From a virus: a DNA stretch of 64,000 nt. The notes beneath the pieces are model-generated. The model searched no databases. It was not told the origin of the DNA and saw only the letters and a list, made by a program, of their open reading frames with translations. The stretch covers positions 32,001 through 96,000 of IMG/VR virus record IMGVR_UViG_3300002144_000477, one strand, 5' to 3'. Below are positions 8,977 to 18,336 of the stretch, in pieces (position 1 is the stretch's first letter; each line of letters starts with the position of its first letter). The translations under genes were made by a program, and so were the position numbers.

Positions 8977-11900
8977 TATGACGCTACTCCTATACTAATT
9001 GCACTAATATAATCGTTACGTTCTAACCGTATTCGCACTAAACAGTTTTTGCCTACTGCATTAGAGAAGTTTTCACTACCAATCGTCATAGTATAACTTT
9101 GATTGTCAATGACCGTACCCAATGGTATCCTATCGTTGCTAGTTACTGCGCATCCAGATAATCCGTTACCACCTGCCGCTGTATTTGTTCCGGGTAAGCC
9201 TGCACCAGCATAACTTGCATTGCAGTCTAACCAACCATTAGTCGAATCGGCTGAGCTGTCAATTCCTGTACCAGGCGCTGCAATCCACATTCCACTGATT
9301 TTGCCAGTTAGTGTAATATCAAAGTTTGCTAACAACGATCGTCTAAATGCGAATGTAAAGTATTGTGCCCCTGCGCGGTCAGTGACTAAATCTGGCCCAG
9401 CTGGCAAGTACCCTACACTAAAATCCTCATCGTCAAAATGGGTTAATACTCCCCAACGAACAATTGCCTCAGGTGTACCGGCAACTAGTTCAGCTCCATC
9501 CCATGCATTATCAACGTAAAAATTTGCTGGAGTGTATGCTGGATTATCACCTAATAGCCCTAACGATACTCGCCTTCCGTTGTCAGAGAAGCCGCCGCCT
9601 AAGCTAGGCGCCACTGGAATTAATAACTCATTAACTCCAGTTGATGCTTGACTATATACGTTAATTTTAGTAGGCAGTTCAACTGGTACACTGGATCCAT
9701 TTACATTATCTAATGTAATAGATAATGTCGAAACTGCATGAGCAGTACCATTGATTAATACATCAAGTTCGCCAAATTGGTACGAAGATGTGTTTCCGGT
9801 ATTTGCTACTGGAATACCATTGTTTAAATATGTACTAGCACCGTCGATGTCAGCATAAGAGTAATTTTGTAATTGTACAATCGATCCAACTGTTGATTCA
9901 AAATTATTAGCACTAGCTACACGCAACGGCGCTACTGTATCAGTATAGGTTTGCCCAATCCAGTTAGTAACTGCTACTCCGTTGAGCGAAACAACTCCGC
10001 CATTTGAGTAATACGGAATGCCACTGATGTAAGTAACATCTCCAGCGTTCTTTTGTGTTACGTCAGCACTACTAATATCTATAGTAGGAACTGCGGTTAA
10101 CGAATCCTTAACAAATCCAATTTCATTTGTACTTCCGCTTGTGGTATGTGACATCTGTAAATTGTTGTATCCATCTGATACATCTACAAATGAGTGCGTT
10201 ATACTAGCGGCAAATACTTTATACAACCCAGATGGGTACTCGCTCGGTGATATTGCATCGTGTGCATCACCATCTGCAATGATTGATAGCGAGTCGTATA
10301 CCCCTACCTTAGATGTTTGGCTATCGAATATAACTTGGCCAGCAACCTGCCCGCTTACTAGAGCCGACAATGTACCACTCTTACTAGAACTTACGCCAGT
10401 AACTGGAGTCGATACTAAATTATCTAGCGTTGCAATACGAGTCACTGCTGTACCTGCATCTGGGATAGCACCTAACGTGTTGTTAGTTGCTGAATATGCT
10501 AGCAGTGGACTAGAACCTTGCGACTCGTTTGAAATTACGATCTGTTTCGAACTCAGTGAGCCTGGTTCGATTGGTAATGCCTTGATGGTAATATATGCAT
10601 TTTTACTAGTAACCGTTGTTTGCGGTATAGTGTCAGGTTGTCCGCTGACTTCTAAAGAAACTGTTTTGTTTCCAGCATTTAAATATGCATGTGTTATAGG
10701 TCCGCCAGCTACTGTGCCGTTTAATCCGTCAGTTAACGGTCCAGCAGTTTCGTTGTCGCCGAAACTCCACGTATAGGTAGTAGCATGTTGACTTAATGCG
10801 GTAAATTCAAACTCAGCCCTGTTAGCACCGGTGCGGTAATCTGTAAATACATATCCATCTTGGGCAGTATCCCCGATTCGGTCGCTTACTGTTAGTGATG
10901 TAGCGCTAAATTCGCTTCTAACTTCTGGCTCAACTACAATTGTAATCGGTTGCGGTTTAGTAAACGGGCTAGATGAGTGTCCGTTCAATACTGACAAACG
11001 TACATCAAATGTCTGTGTAGTCCCACTTAACTGGTTAGATTCTGTTAATGCAAAAGCATGTGTTAAGGTGGCACCCGGATTACCTGCTAGCCCAGGTTGG
11101 ATGGTAATAGAGTTAATGTCACCATTGCCCCAATCCCACACGTAGGCATTAAGTGGAAATGTAGATGTATTACCTGGATTCGATGAAGTGATATTTGTAA
11201 ATATTACTTCGCCACCGCTTGTTGCTTGTTGGTTAACCACCCTCAGGGTATTTGCTGTAAAGTCAGGATCATGAATACTGTACACTCGTACATTTGCATC
11301 TGCCCCGACTACAGTAACGGGCGTAGGACCTGCTGTGTCACTTGTTGCAGTTAATGCAACAGCATATAATTCATCACCGCCTGCGTTAATATAAGTATGG
11401 TCCAATGACGACCAATCACTTGCAGGGGTTGCAATTGTCCCATCTCCCCAATCAATCGAATACGATGTGCTATACTGACTTAAATTAGTTACAGTGGTTG
11501 TTGTGGTTGTATCGATGCTAGAGTCACCAATAACAATACTAGGTATCGGAGTAGGCGTATAAAGTAAAATATAGTCTGACTTTGTATTATCATCCCAGCT
11601 ACCAATTGCGCCTTGAGTAGAATCGCCTGCTAATGTTCCGTTGGCATTATATGCTTTAAAGATAACAGTAAAATTGCCGCCTGCAAGATTATCATACAAA
11701 TGAGTAGGATATTCGTCTGTGCTAGTTGTGCCATCACCAAAATCCCATAAAAAATCAGTAGGTGTTCCGACATACGATGGAGTAAATGCTACTGATAACG
11801 GACTTGGGCCTGCGGTAGCATTTGATGCGAAATCTACTGCACCTACGTATGTACCTTTAGCAATGTTAAGCGCAGTCTGATTTAATTCGTTAATTGCATT

Positions 11901-12332
11901 AGTGACTAAAGTTTGATCAGTGAACTGGTCCCATGCAACATTTACATTTGTGGGAGCAGTAGCAAATCCTAAATCAACCTGCATACCTGTGACATTTGTC
12001 TCAGCCATTAGATCGCCAACGCTTGCCCAACTTAATACTCCGTTTCCGTCAGTAGTTAATACGTAGCCGTCAAGTCCGCCGTCAATTTTAATATCGCTCG
12101 GTAAGCCTAACTGTACCTTAGAGTCGCCTGAAATCGAATCACCACTAATTGTTATGGTGCCAATTTTTCCGCCTGCTGGAGCATGTAAAGAATGCTCTGG
12201 CGTATTTGTGTTTACACCGATTCGGCCATTGGCAACATCAAGGTAGAGTAAATCAGTTTCAAATGCTAGATCGTTACCGTCCCGTTCTAAATTAGACGAT
12301 AACATTCCACCGGAAATTTTACCTAAGGCCAT
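8976..12332 (-). CDS. PKD-domain virion protein, 1118 aa
   Basis: Four PKD-type signatures (WDFGDG, IDWGDG, WDWGNG, WSFGDN); N-terminal RIGVNTNTP and GYVLTTDGNGVLSW fibre motifs. Confidence 0.8.
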   Translation of the reverse strand: MALGKISGGMLSSNLERDGNDLAFETDLLYLDVANGRIGVNTNTPEHSLHAPAGGKIGTITISGDSISGDSKVQLGLPSDIKIDGGLDGYVLTTDGNGVLSWASVGDLMAETNVTGMQVDLGFATAPTNVNVAWDQFTDQTLVTNAINELNQTALNIAKGTYVGAVDFASNATAGPSPLSVAFTPSYVGTPTDFLWDFGDGTTSTDEYPTHLYDNLAGGNFTVIFKAYNANGTLAGDSTQGAIGSWDDNTKSDYILLYTPTPIPSIVIGDSSIDTTTTTTVTNLSQYSTSYSIDWGDGTIATPASDWSSLDHTYINAGGDELYAVALTATSDTAGPTPVTVVGADANVRVYSIHDPDFTANTLRVVNQQATSGGEVIFTNITSSNPGNTSTFPLNAYVWDWGNGDINSITIQPGLAGNPGATLTHAFALTESNQLSGTTQTFDVRLSVLNGHSSSPFTKPQPITIVVEPEVRSEFSATSLTVSDRIGDTAQDGYVFTDYRTGANRAEFEFTALSQHATTYTWSFGDNETAGPLTDGLNGTVAGGPITHAYLNAGNKTVSLEVSGQPDTIPQTTVTSKNAYITIKALPIEPGSLSSKQIVISNESQGSSPLLAYSATNNTLGAIPDAGTAVTRIATLDNLVSTPVTGVSSSKSGTLSALVSGQVAGQVIFDSQTSKVGVYDSLSIIADGDAHDAISPSEYPSGLYKVFAASITHSFVDVSDGYNNLQMSHTTSGSTNEIGFVKDSLTAVPTIDISSADVTQKNAGDVTYISGIPYYSNGGVVSLNGVAVTNWIGQTYTDTVAPLRVASANNFESTVGSIVQLQNYSYADIDGASTYLNNGIPVANTGNTSSYQFGELDVLINGTAHAVSTLSITLDNVNGSSVPVELPTKINVYSQASTGVNELLIPVAPSLGGGFSDNGRRVSLGLLGDNPAYTPANFYVDNAWDGAELVAGTPEAIVRWGVLTHFDDEDFSVGYLPAGPDLVTDRAGAQYFTFAFRRSLLANFDITLTGKISGMWIAAPGTGIDSSADSTNGWLDCNASYAGAGLPGTNTAAGGNGLSGCAVTSNDRIPLGTVIDNQSYTMTIGSENFSNAVGKNCLVRIRLERNDYISAISIGVAS

Positions 12333-12345
12333 ATATGTTTACTCC

Positions 12346-12783
12346 TTAGTCAGCGTCGGTACTATTAATGTTATAAATTACAACAATTCTATTAGGGTTA
12401 GATCCTGGCGCCGGTGGCGGGCTAGTAAAAGTAATAGTTGAAGTTCCTACGCTAGTAGATAATGTATAGCTTATCAGCGGCTGTTGGTAGACTCCGCCAA
12501 CAAACACTATAATGTCAGACTCCGTAGCTACCGTGTAATCTAGCACAAAGTCAGTCGTTGTTCCATCGCCGACAGTATCCTGTAATTGCAATAATGTGGT
12601 ACCCACTCTTGCCATTGAGCGCCAAACATTATTAATTGCATACTCTATCTTACCGCTAGCTAAGTTTAATCGAACCATCCCGTCGACTAAAAAGTCAGGC
12701 GAATCACTAAGATCAGTGGACAATGGCAATACTACTGCTTTTTTCTGATTGCCAAGTTTTGGTGCTTTCATCGAACGTGCCAT
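12346..12783 (-). CDS. Small structural protein with Ig-like module, 145 aa
   Basis: GDGTTTDFVL...IVFVGGVYQ...ITFTSPP module shared with neighbours. Confidence 0.7.
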   Translation of the reverse strand: MARSMKAPKLGNQKKAVVLPLSTDLSDSPDFLVDGMVRLNLASGKIEYAINNVWRSMARVGTTLLQLQDTVGDGTTTDFVLDYTVATESDIIVFVGGVYQQPLISYTLSTSVGTSTITFTSPPPAPGSNPNRIVVIYNINSTDAD

Positions 12784-12795
12784 GTTTTTTCTACC

Positions 12796-13107
12796 TTAAA
12801 TTTCTGCGTAACTGCAAGTAGCAAATACTACGTTGTCTACGCTAGCAGTTGCCTGGACTTTATCACCGTTATCTAATAACATTTTTTCAGTGCCGTCAAT
12901 AATCAATGTGTCGTTTGCATTAATTGAGACCTGTCCATAAATCATATTTGTACTTCCAGCAGTATCTCCTGACGGGACTGCATAGATATCAACAGTTACT
13001 GCTGAACTATGCGTATTGTGAAAGTACACAACAGTTATTGCTCTGCCATTGCTGTCTGGTAAAATAGATGTTGCTGTGCTTGTTAGCGTTGTGCTTTTGA
13101 GTGCCAT
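12796..13107 (-). CDS. Small virion structural protein, 103 aa
   Basis: Beta-rich ORF with AAGGA RBS, tightly packed in the operon. Confidence 0.65.
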   Translation of the reverse strand: MALKSTTLTSTATSILPDSNGRAITVVYFHNTHSSAVTVDIYAVPSGDTAGSTNMIYGQVSINANDTLIIDGTEKMLLDNGDKVQATASVDNVVFATCSYAEI

Positions 13108-13117
13108 CTGGTTATCC

Positions 13118-13639
13118 TTAAAAAATCAATGAGTAAATAAACGCTGTGCGTTTTGTTGCTAACTCTTCATTTGTTGCTGTGTCATTGGTTACGTATACCC
13201 CGCTACCGCCTGCGCCAACTGTAGCAAATGTTAGTGTTACATTAGCAGGAACATTAACAATGGAAAATCCAGCAATACTTAAATTGCCTCCTAGTTCCGG
13301 TGTTAAATCATCAACTACTGCTTGCAAACCATTTGACGCTAAAAGTATGTCGCTCCACGACGCCCCGGCATCGGTTGTTACTTTGAATTTGTCGTCTGTT
13401 TCGTCAAACACTAAAGATGCGTTTGGTAGCGATCCTCTATCAACTTCAATTCCGGCTTTTTGTTGGCCTGTTATACCAGCACTTGCTTCTCCATCATTGA
13501 GCACAATAATGCGGTCGGTTATAACCGAATCCGTTGACGAAATAGTTGCTTGTGTGCCTGCAACGGTCAAGTTACCAGTAATGGTAACTTCTGGAGCAGT
13601 AATAAAATAATGATCGCTTACTTGTTTAACTGATGGCAT
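13118..13639 (-). CDS. Virion structural/fibre protein, 173 aa
   Basis: DRIIVLN...AGIEVDRG...FDETDDKF and DLTPELGGNL modules shared with neighbours. Confidence 0.7.
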   Translation of the reverse strand: MPSVKQVSDHYFITAPEVTITGNLTVAGTQATISSTDSVITDRIIVLNDGEASAGITGQQKAGIEVDRGSLPNASLVFDETDDKFKVTTDAGASWSDILLASNGLQAVVDDLTPELGGNLSIAGFSIVNVPANVTLTFATVGAGGSGVYVTNDTATNEELATKRTAFIYSLIF

Positions 13640-13666
13640 TTGGGTATCACCTTATGTTTCTTGTAG

Positions 13667-13673
13667 TATTTAT
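13667..13673 (-). promoter_or_regulatory. Late promoter CATAAATA
   Basis: Upstream of the 13639 start, at the head of the fibre operon. Confidence 0.7.
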
Positions 13674-13685
13674 GCTTAGATGATC

Positions 13686-14027
13686 TTACGGAGAAACTAA
13701 ACCTACTGTATCACCGAATACTTTTGATGCCCCTACTACCCAACTAAACTTGCTTCCATTTGGGTGCATTACCCAATCAGGGTGAATTTCAAGTATATTA
13801 AACGTACCTAATGTAATGTGAGTTGCAGTGATGGTCATTTCCCCGGGGTTTTTAATTCTCCTGACTAGCACACACTCGCTTGTTCCGTGTGCAGTTTTTA
13901 CACTAAATGTAGTAGTATTAATTTGCTTAATTATATCTCCCACTAATGGTCCGTTACCGTTTAGCACATACGCGGTACTAGATATTAAGTCAACACCGTT
14001 AAAATATTTTAAATCAATTAGCATCAT
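13686..14027 (-). CDS. Hypothetical protein downstream of the capsid gene (possible head-associated protein), 113 aa
   Basis: Start re-assigned to ATG 14027 because the ORF-track start (14045) lies upstream of a perfect TATAAATA. Confidence 0.6.
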   Translation of the reverse strand: MMLIDLKYFNGVDLISSTAYVLNGNGPLVGDIIKQINTTTFSVKTAHGTSECVLVRRIKNPGEMTITATHITLGTFNILEIHPDWVMHPNGSKFSWVVGASKVFGDTVGLVSP

Positions 14028-14032
14028 AGTTA

Positions 14033-14040
14033 TATTTATA
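14033..14040 (-). promoter_or_regulatory. Late promoter TATAAATA (exact T4 consensus)
   Basis: Exact match directly after the capsid terminator. Confidence 0.8.
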
Positions 14041-14046
14041 GTCATA

Positions 14047-14072
14047 AGAAAAGGGTCCGAAGACCCTTTTCT
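14047..14072 (-). terminator. Terminator of the major capsid transcript, C(UUCG)G loop
   Basis: AGAAAAGGGTC-TTCG-GACCCTTTTCT. Confidence 0.9.
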
Positions 14073-14096
14073 GTTTTATCAACTTCTAATTTAAAA

Positions 14097-15269
14097 TTAG
14101 ATGAATGATAGGTTGCTTACAGCAATGCTTTCTAGGTAGTCGGCAGCGTTACCTAAGCTAGATGCTGTGTTTGTTAACTCAACATAGCCGTAACGTGTCA
14201 TAAAGCCAACTACTGGCTCTAGAGTGTTTGGATCTAGAACAACACCAGAACTCATCAATGGAACGTATGGGCAGTAAAATGCTGCTGCATCGCTCTCAGC
14301 TGAGCCTTTGTAACCAACTAGTACTGGAGCAAGATCGCTAGCGAAACTGTCAACAAATACCTTCATTGCACCGTTCAATGTACCAACCATCTTAGTGTTA
14401 GTTGGTGCTTCGAATGTACCTTCTGTAGTGCGAGCAAAAGCAGAAGTAGTAGCAGACTGAAGAACAGTTAGTGCAGCTGGGCTTACAACGGCCCAGTTAC
14501 CAGCACCGCGACGTGTACGCTGAGCGATACGGTTAGCGGCACGGTTAACGATAACTGCTAATGCAGCATGCTCGTCACCAACGAAAGTTGCTGTACCAGA
14601 TACAGCGGCTTGGTCGTAGCTGAAGCCTGTAGAAGCTAGTGAACGTAGTGAACCTAGGATCTCTTGGTCGATTTCAACCGTGATTTCCTGTGCTAAAGCA
14701 GCCATAATTTCTGCTTCAACATCGATACCGTGCATTGCTTGTGCATCTTGCGCGGCTTCGAATGTCCAACGTGCTGATAACTTACGTGTCTTAGCTTCAA
14801 CAACTTGCTTCATGATCTGTACGTTGATCTTATTACCTGCGTAACCTTCCATTGCAGTTGCAGAACCAGGAGCAACACCAGCGGCTGTGCCAGAGTAGGC
14901 AGTAGCAACTTTAAATGGGCTCAATGCTTCTTCACCAGCAGTAGCGCCGGTTGCACCTGAACCTACGTTATCCGCATAGCGAACACGTAGAGTATGGATT
15001 TGGCTAACTGGACCTGTCATTGGCTGAACACCAATGATGTCGTTAGCAATAACTGTCGGCATAACGCGACGGATAACCGGTAGAATTACACGGTTTAGTG
15101 TTGCGACGTTACCTACAGATGTTGCGCCACCTGTAGCAGATTCGCTAACTAGGTGCTTACGTGTGTTTTCAAGAATAACACTCATGTTGTTACGCTTGGA
15201 ACCGTTTAAGCCTTCTAGTAGGGCATCTTTTGTTTCGCCCCAACGGCTTTCTAATAATGCTTGTTTCAT
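14097..15269 (-). CDS. gp23: Major capsid protein (T4 gp23 family), 390 aa
   Basis: GVQPMTGP, AKTRKLSARWTFEAAQD, GIDVEAE, YCPYVPL, GFMTRYG motifs. Confidence 0.97.
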   Translation of the reverse strand: MKQALLESRWGETKDALLEGLNGSKRNNMSVILENTRKHLVSESATGGATSVGNVATLNRVILPVIRRVMPTVIANDIIGVQPMTGPVSQIHTLRVRYADNVGSGATGATAGEEALSPFKVATAYSGTAAGVAPGSATAMEGYAGNKINVQIMKQVVEAKTRKLSARWTFEAAQDAQAMHGIDVEAEIMAALAQEITVEIDQEILGSLRSLASTGFSYDQAAVSGTATFVGDEHAALAVIVNRAANRIAQRTRRGAGNWAVVSPAALTVLQSATTSAFARTTEGTFEAPTNTKMVGTLNGAMKVFVDSFASDLAPVLVGYKGSAESDAAAFYCPYVPLMSSGVVLDPNTLEPVVGFMTRYGYVELTNTASSLGNAADYLESIAVSNLSFI

Positions 15270-15299
15270 TTTTACCTTATCTCCTATGGGTATAGTAAT

Positions 15300-16409
15300 T
15301 TATTTAAGCCCTGCTAGCTTCTTCAACTCAATGACATTAGCATCGTCGTTTTGAGTTGCGGCTGTTTTAGTAGCAGTTTTCTTATCTCCAGTTACTGCGG
15401 AACTTTCTGTTACCAAACGCTTTTCAGATTTTGGTTGTACAGATGAGTTACCGCCTAGTACTGCTGGTAGATACTTTTCGTATGCCTTCTGCAAATTTGC
15501 AGTTTGCACAGATTCTAAAAGCTCGCTCATTACAGCGGCTTTTTCCTTGTTTAAAGGCTTTAGTAGTGCGGACATTGACTTAGTACGCTCTACACTTTCC
15601 TTTATAACTTGGATTTCTTTGTTTTTCAACTCAGCGATAGATTTTGCTTCGTGAATAGCCTTGTCAGCTTCAGCTAATTTAGTATGGCCTTCATCGATTT
15701 GTTTCTTTAGTTTTGCAACTTCAGCATTTTCATTTAAATGCGTACCTGCAAATTCACTAACAAACGCTTCGAAGATTTTACGACCAAACATGTTCTCACG
15801 AGCAAGTGTGATATCTTCTTTGAGTTGAGTCAATTCGGACTCTAGGTTGGAAGCAACCATTTCCTTAACAAGTTTTGCACTCTTAGAAACAAAAGCTTCT
15901 TGTAGTTGAACCATTTTAGATTTGGCTTCAGCTATTAAGCGTACTTTAGTTTCTACAACTGCTTGCTTGTCTTTTTCGAATTCTTGAAGTTCTTCGGCTA
16001 ATGCCTTAACTACGAATTCTTCTAGCTTACCAATACTGTTTTCGTATTGTTTGCGGTCGGAACGTAGTTCTTTGATTTCTTCGGCAAGTTTAGTAACCAT
16101 AAAGCTATCAAACTTGTTAGCACCTTCCATCATGCGAGCAGTATACTTCGCACGGTCGGCTGCCATTTGTTTCTTCTCAGTATTGAACTCTGCGATTTCT
16201 TCAGATAAGGATTCGGTAACCATCTTGTCTAGAGCCTCTACCATTACGCTTTTATCGTGGGTGTATTTCTGAGAAAATTCATCACGCAATTCGCTACGAA
16301 TTTCTTCGCGAGCTTCAGTTAGCTTAGTTTCCCAAGCTTCATTAATTGCTTGACGAGTTTCATCATTTACAATGCCACTTTCTAACAATGGTTTTAAAGC
16401 ATCAAACAT
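15300..16409 (-). CDS. gp22: Prohead core scaffolding protein (gp22-like), 369 aa
   Basis: Glu/Lys-rich coiled coil located between protease and capsid genes. Confidence 0.85.
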   Translation of the reverse strand: MFDALKPLLESGIVNDETRQAINEAWETKLTEAREEIRSELRDEFSQKYTHDKSVMVEALDKMVTESLSEEIAEFNTEKKQMAADRAKYTARMMEGANKFDSFMVTKLAEEIKELRSDRKQYENSIGKLEEFVVKALAEELQEFEKDKQAVVETKVRLIAEAKSKMVQLQEAFVSKSAKLVKEMVASNLESELTQLKEDITLARENMFGRKIFEAFVSEFAGTHLNENAEVAKLKKQIDEGHTKLAEADKAIHEAKSIAELKNKEIQVIKESVERTKSMSALLKPLNKEKAAVMSELLESVQTANLQKAYEKYLPAVLGGNSSVQPKSEKRLVTESSAVTGDKKTATKTAATQNDDANVIELKKLAGLK

Positions 16410-16424
16410 TGACTTTCTCCTGTC

Positions 16425-17060
16425 TTATAGTTTCAGTTCGTTGATAAGGCGTGTCACTGCCTCTTTTAGGTACTTTTGTACTTTTTGATCATGTACTGCG
16501 TCTTTGGCCGTTTCAAGGGCTTGATGGCCCCCGCGCATATTAAGTAGACTTTCATAAATCGCTCTTGGATATGCATGTGGAGCACTTGGTTGTGCTACAA
16601 TGTCAACTGTAACAATATCGAAATTGCTGACATGACCTGACGCTTCACTTACGTCGCCTGAACCACGTGAACTAACACCTAGTTTAACACCTGCTTCAAG
16701 CATACTCTTTACCATTTCTCCCATTGGAGTTGGTAAAATCTTTAACTTACCATGTCCGCATGGGCCATCCATCCACATATCTGTGATCATATGGCTCACA
16801 CGGTCTAGGTTAATTTTTAAATCATCTGGGTGATCTACTTCGCCGAGAACACTATAACCACCTTTGATTTGATCATTGATAGTTGAAACGGCTTGTTCGA
16901 TCTCCTTGACTGGGTAAACACGTTGGTTAGCATTTTTGACGCCTCCCTCGATGAAAATACCCTTCATGTAAAGACTCTTACGCCCGTCTGTGCTTTCATC
17001 GGATTCAATGACCATGTTAGCGCGGTCGAACGTTAGATTTTCTTTGAGATACAAAGCCAT
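16425..17060 (-). CDS. gp21: Prohead core protease (gp21 family), 211 aa
   Basis: GIFIEGGVKNANQRVYP, LGEVDHP, RVSH, GVSSRGSG, DIVAQPSAPHA motifs. Confidence 0.95.
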   Translation of the reverse strand: MALYLKENLTFDRANMVIESDESTDGRKSLYMKGIFIEGGVKNANQRVYPVKEIEQAVSTINDQIKGGYSVLGEVDHPDDLKINLDRVSHMITDMWMDGPCGHGKLKILPTPMGEMVKSMLEAGVKLGVSSRGSGDVSEASGHVSNFDIVTVDIVAQPSAPHAYPRAIYESLLNMRGGHQALETAKDAVHDQKVQKYLKEAVTRLINELKL

Positions 17061-17073
17061 ATTGTGCTCCTAT

Positions 17074-17907
17074 TTACTCAGCGGATTTAGCTTTTGGTGC
17101 AGACTCTAAACCCTGATTGCCACCCGGAACGTTTTTGTTTCCAGTTGCAATTAGTTTAGCAGTTGGTGCTTTACCACCAGCTTCGTCGCCACCTTTAACG
17201 ATATTAGCAGTTGTGCCGCCCATGTCGTTCTTACCAGCAACTACGCTAGACTTGTTGTCAGCGCCATCTATGTTTTTTACACCAGCAACTTTTTCTACGT
17301 ATTCACGTAGTTTTGCTAGTTCTTCGTCGCCTGTGTCTGTGTCTTCTTCGTCGTCCATTTCTTCGTCAGATTCAGAAACTGTATCTTCTTCGGCAACTTC
17401 TTCTTCGAACTGGATGCCTTCTTCTGCTGGAAGCTCTTCAACTTCGTCGCTTAGGTCAGCCATGTCATGGTCTTGCATGTCGTGATCGCCATCGGCGTCA
17501 GCATCTACCATGCCCATGATTTTGTCAAATTCTGCTTTTAATTCGTCGATGGCAGATTCGATATCCATGATGTCGCCTTTAGTAGCAGGCTCTTCATCGT
17601 CTTCGTCGCCTGTGTCCATTGCCATGTCATCTTCTTCATCGTCTTCGTCGCCCATAAACGCAAATTCTTTTTCAGACTCATCGTCTTCGTCTTCTTCTTC
17701 GTTTACGCCTTCTTCGTCAGCCGATACATCGTTAGCTAAATCGCCAACTTCGTCTGTACTGATTTCAGCTTCGTCCGTGACTTCTTCGTCCATTAAGGAT
17801 TCGTAAATGCTACGGCTTTTTTCTAAGACAATGTCGTGAAATAATTCACGGGCTTTGTCCTCTTGTTCATTAATAATGAACTCAATTAACTTTTCATACT
17901 TGTTCAT
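17074..17907 (-). CDS. Highly acidic prohead core protein (gp67-like position), 277 aa
   Basis: Start re-assigned to ATG 17907 (MNKYEKLIE; GAGAGGAG RBS). Asp/Glu-rich; lies between portal and protease. Confidence 0.7.
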   Translation of the reverse strand: MNKYEKLIEFIINEQEDKARELFHDIVLEKSRSIYESLMDEEVTDEAEISTDEVGDLANDVSADEEGVNEEEDEDDESEKEFAFMGDEDDEEDDMAMDTGDEDDEEPATKGDIMDIESAIDELKAEFDKIMGMVDADADGDHDMQDHDMADLSDEVEELPAEEGIQFEEEVAEEDTVSESDEEMDDEEDTDTGDEELAKLREYVEKVAGVKNIDGADNKSSVVAGKNDMGGTTANIVKGGDEAGGKAPTAKLIATGNKNVPGGNQGLESAPKAKSAE

Positions 17908-17931
17908 AGGAACTCCTCTCGTGATTAGTAA

Positions 17932-17967
17932 ATAGTAATAAGGCTTTGCATAGTAATAAGGCTTTGC
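17932..17967. repeat. Perfect 18-bp tandem duplication ATAGTAATAAGGCTTTGC x2
   Basis: Direct reading; lies in the 5' leader of the head operon. Confidence 0.95.
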
Positions 17968-17988
17968 ATCCAATTACCTTTGTACTAT

Positions 17989-17995
17989 TATTTAC
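17989..17995 (-). promoter_or_regulatory. Late promoter GTAAATA for the core/protease/scaffold/capsid operon
   Basis: Variant late motif downstream of a terminator and upstream of 17907. Confidence 0.6.
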
Positions 17996-18044
17996 ATATA
18001 TACCGTTATTACTTTATAATAACGGTGTTTTTTAAGCTCAAATT

Positions 18045-18071
18045 AAAAAAATACCCGTTTACAACGGGTAT
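18045..18071 (-). terminator. Rho-independent terminator
   Basis: ATACCCGTT-GTAA-ACGGGTAT followed by a T-tract. Confidence 0.8.
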
Positions 18072-18092
18072 CGCATTAAGATAAGTGTAGGA

Positions 18093-18323
18093 TTACGCTA
18101 AAGCTGCCGCATCGCCAGCATCACTTGGAGTGTACTGTTGAGCAATTTCGGTGGCTTTTTGTTCATTTTCAAATTTTCTAATGTCGTTGGAACTACGTAG
18201 GCGGTTTAAATGCCTTAGCGTTAATCGGACTTTCCGTGTGTCATCAACTGATAATACACTTTGATCGTCTTTTTCATTGAACTGCGGAGTTTCGGTAGAG
18301 TTAAAGAATTCAGTAATAAACAT
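18093..18323 (-). CDS. Small head-module protein, 76 aa
   Basis: Start re-assigned to ATG 18323 (MFITEFF...DDTRKVRLTLRHLNRLR), removing the overlap with the portal gene. Confidence 0.7.
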   Translation of the reverse strand: MFITEFFNSTETPQFNEKDDQSVLSVDDTRKVRLTLRHLNRLRSSNDIRKFENEQKATEIAQQYTPSDAGDAAALA

Positions 18324-18328
18324 GTTTA

Positions 18329-18335
18329 TATTTAC
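18329..18335 (-). promoter_or_regulatory. Late promoter GTAAATA
   Basis: Between portal stop and ATG 18323. Confidence 0.65.
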
Positions 18336-18336
18336 C

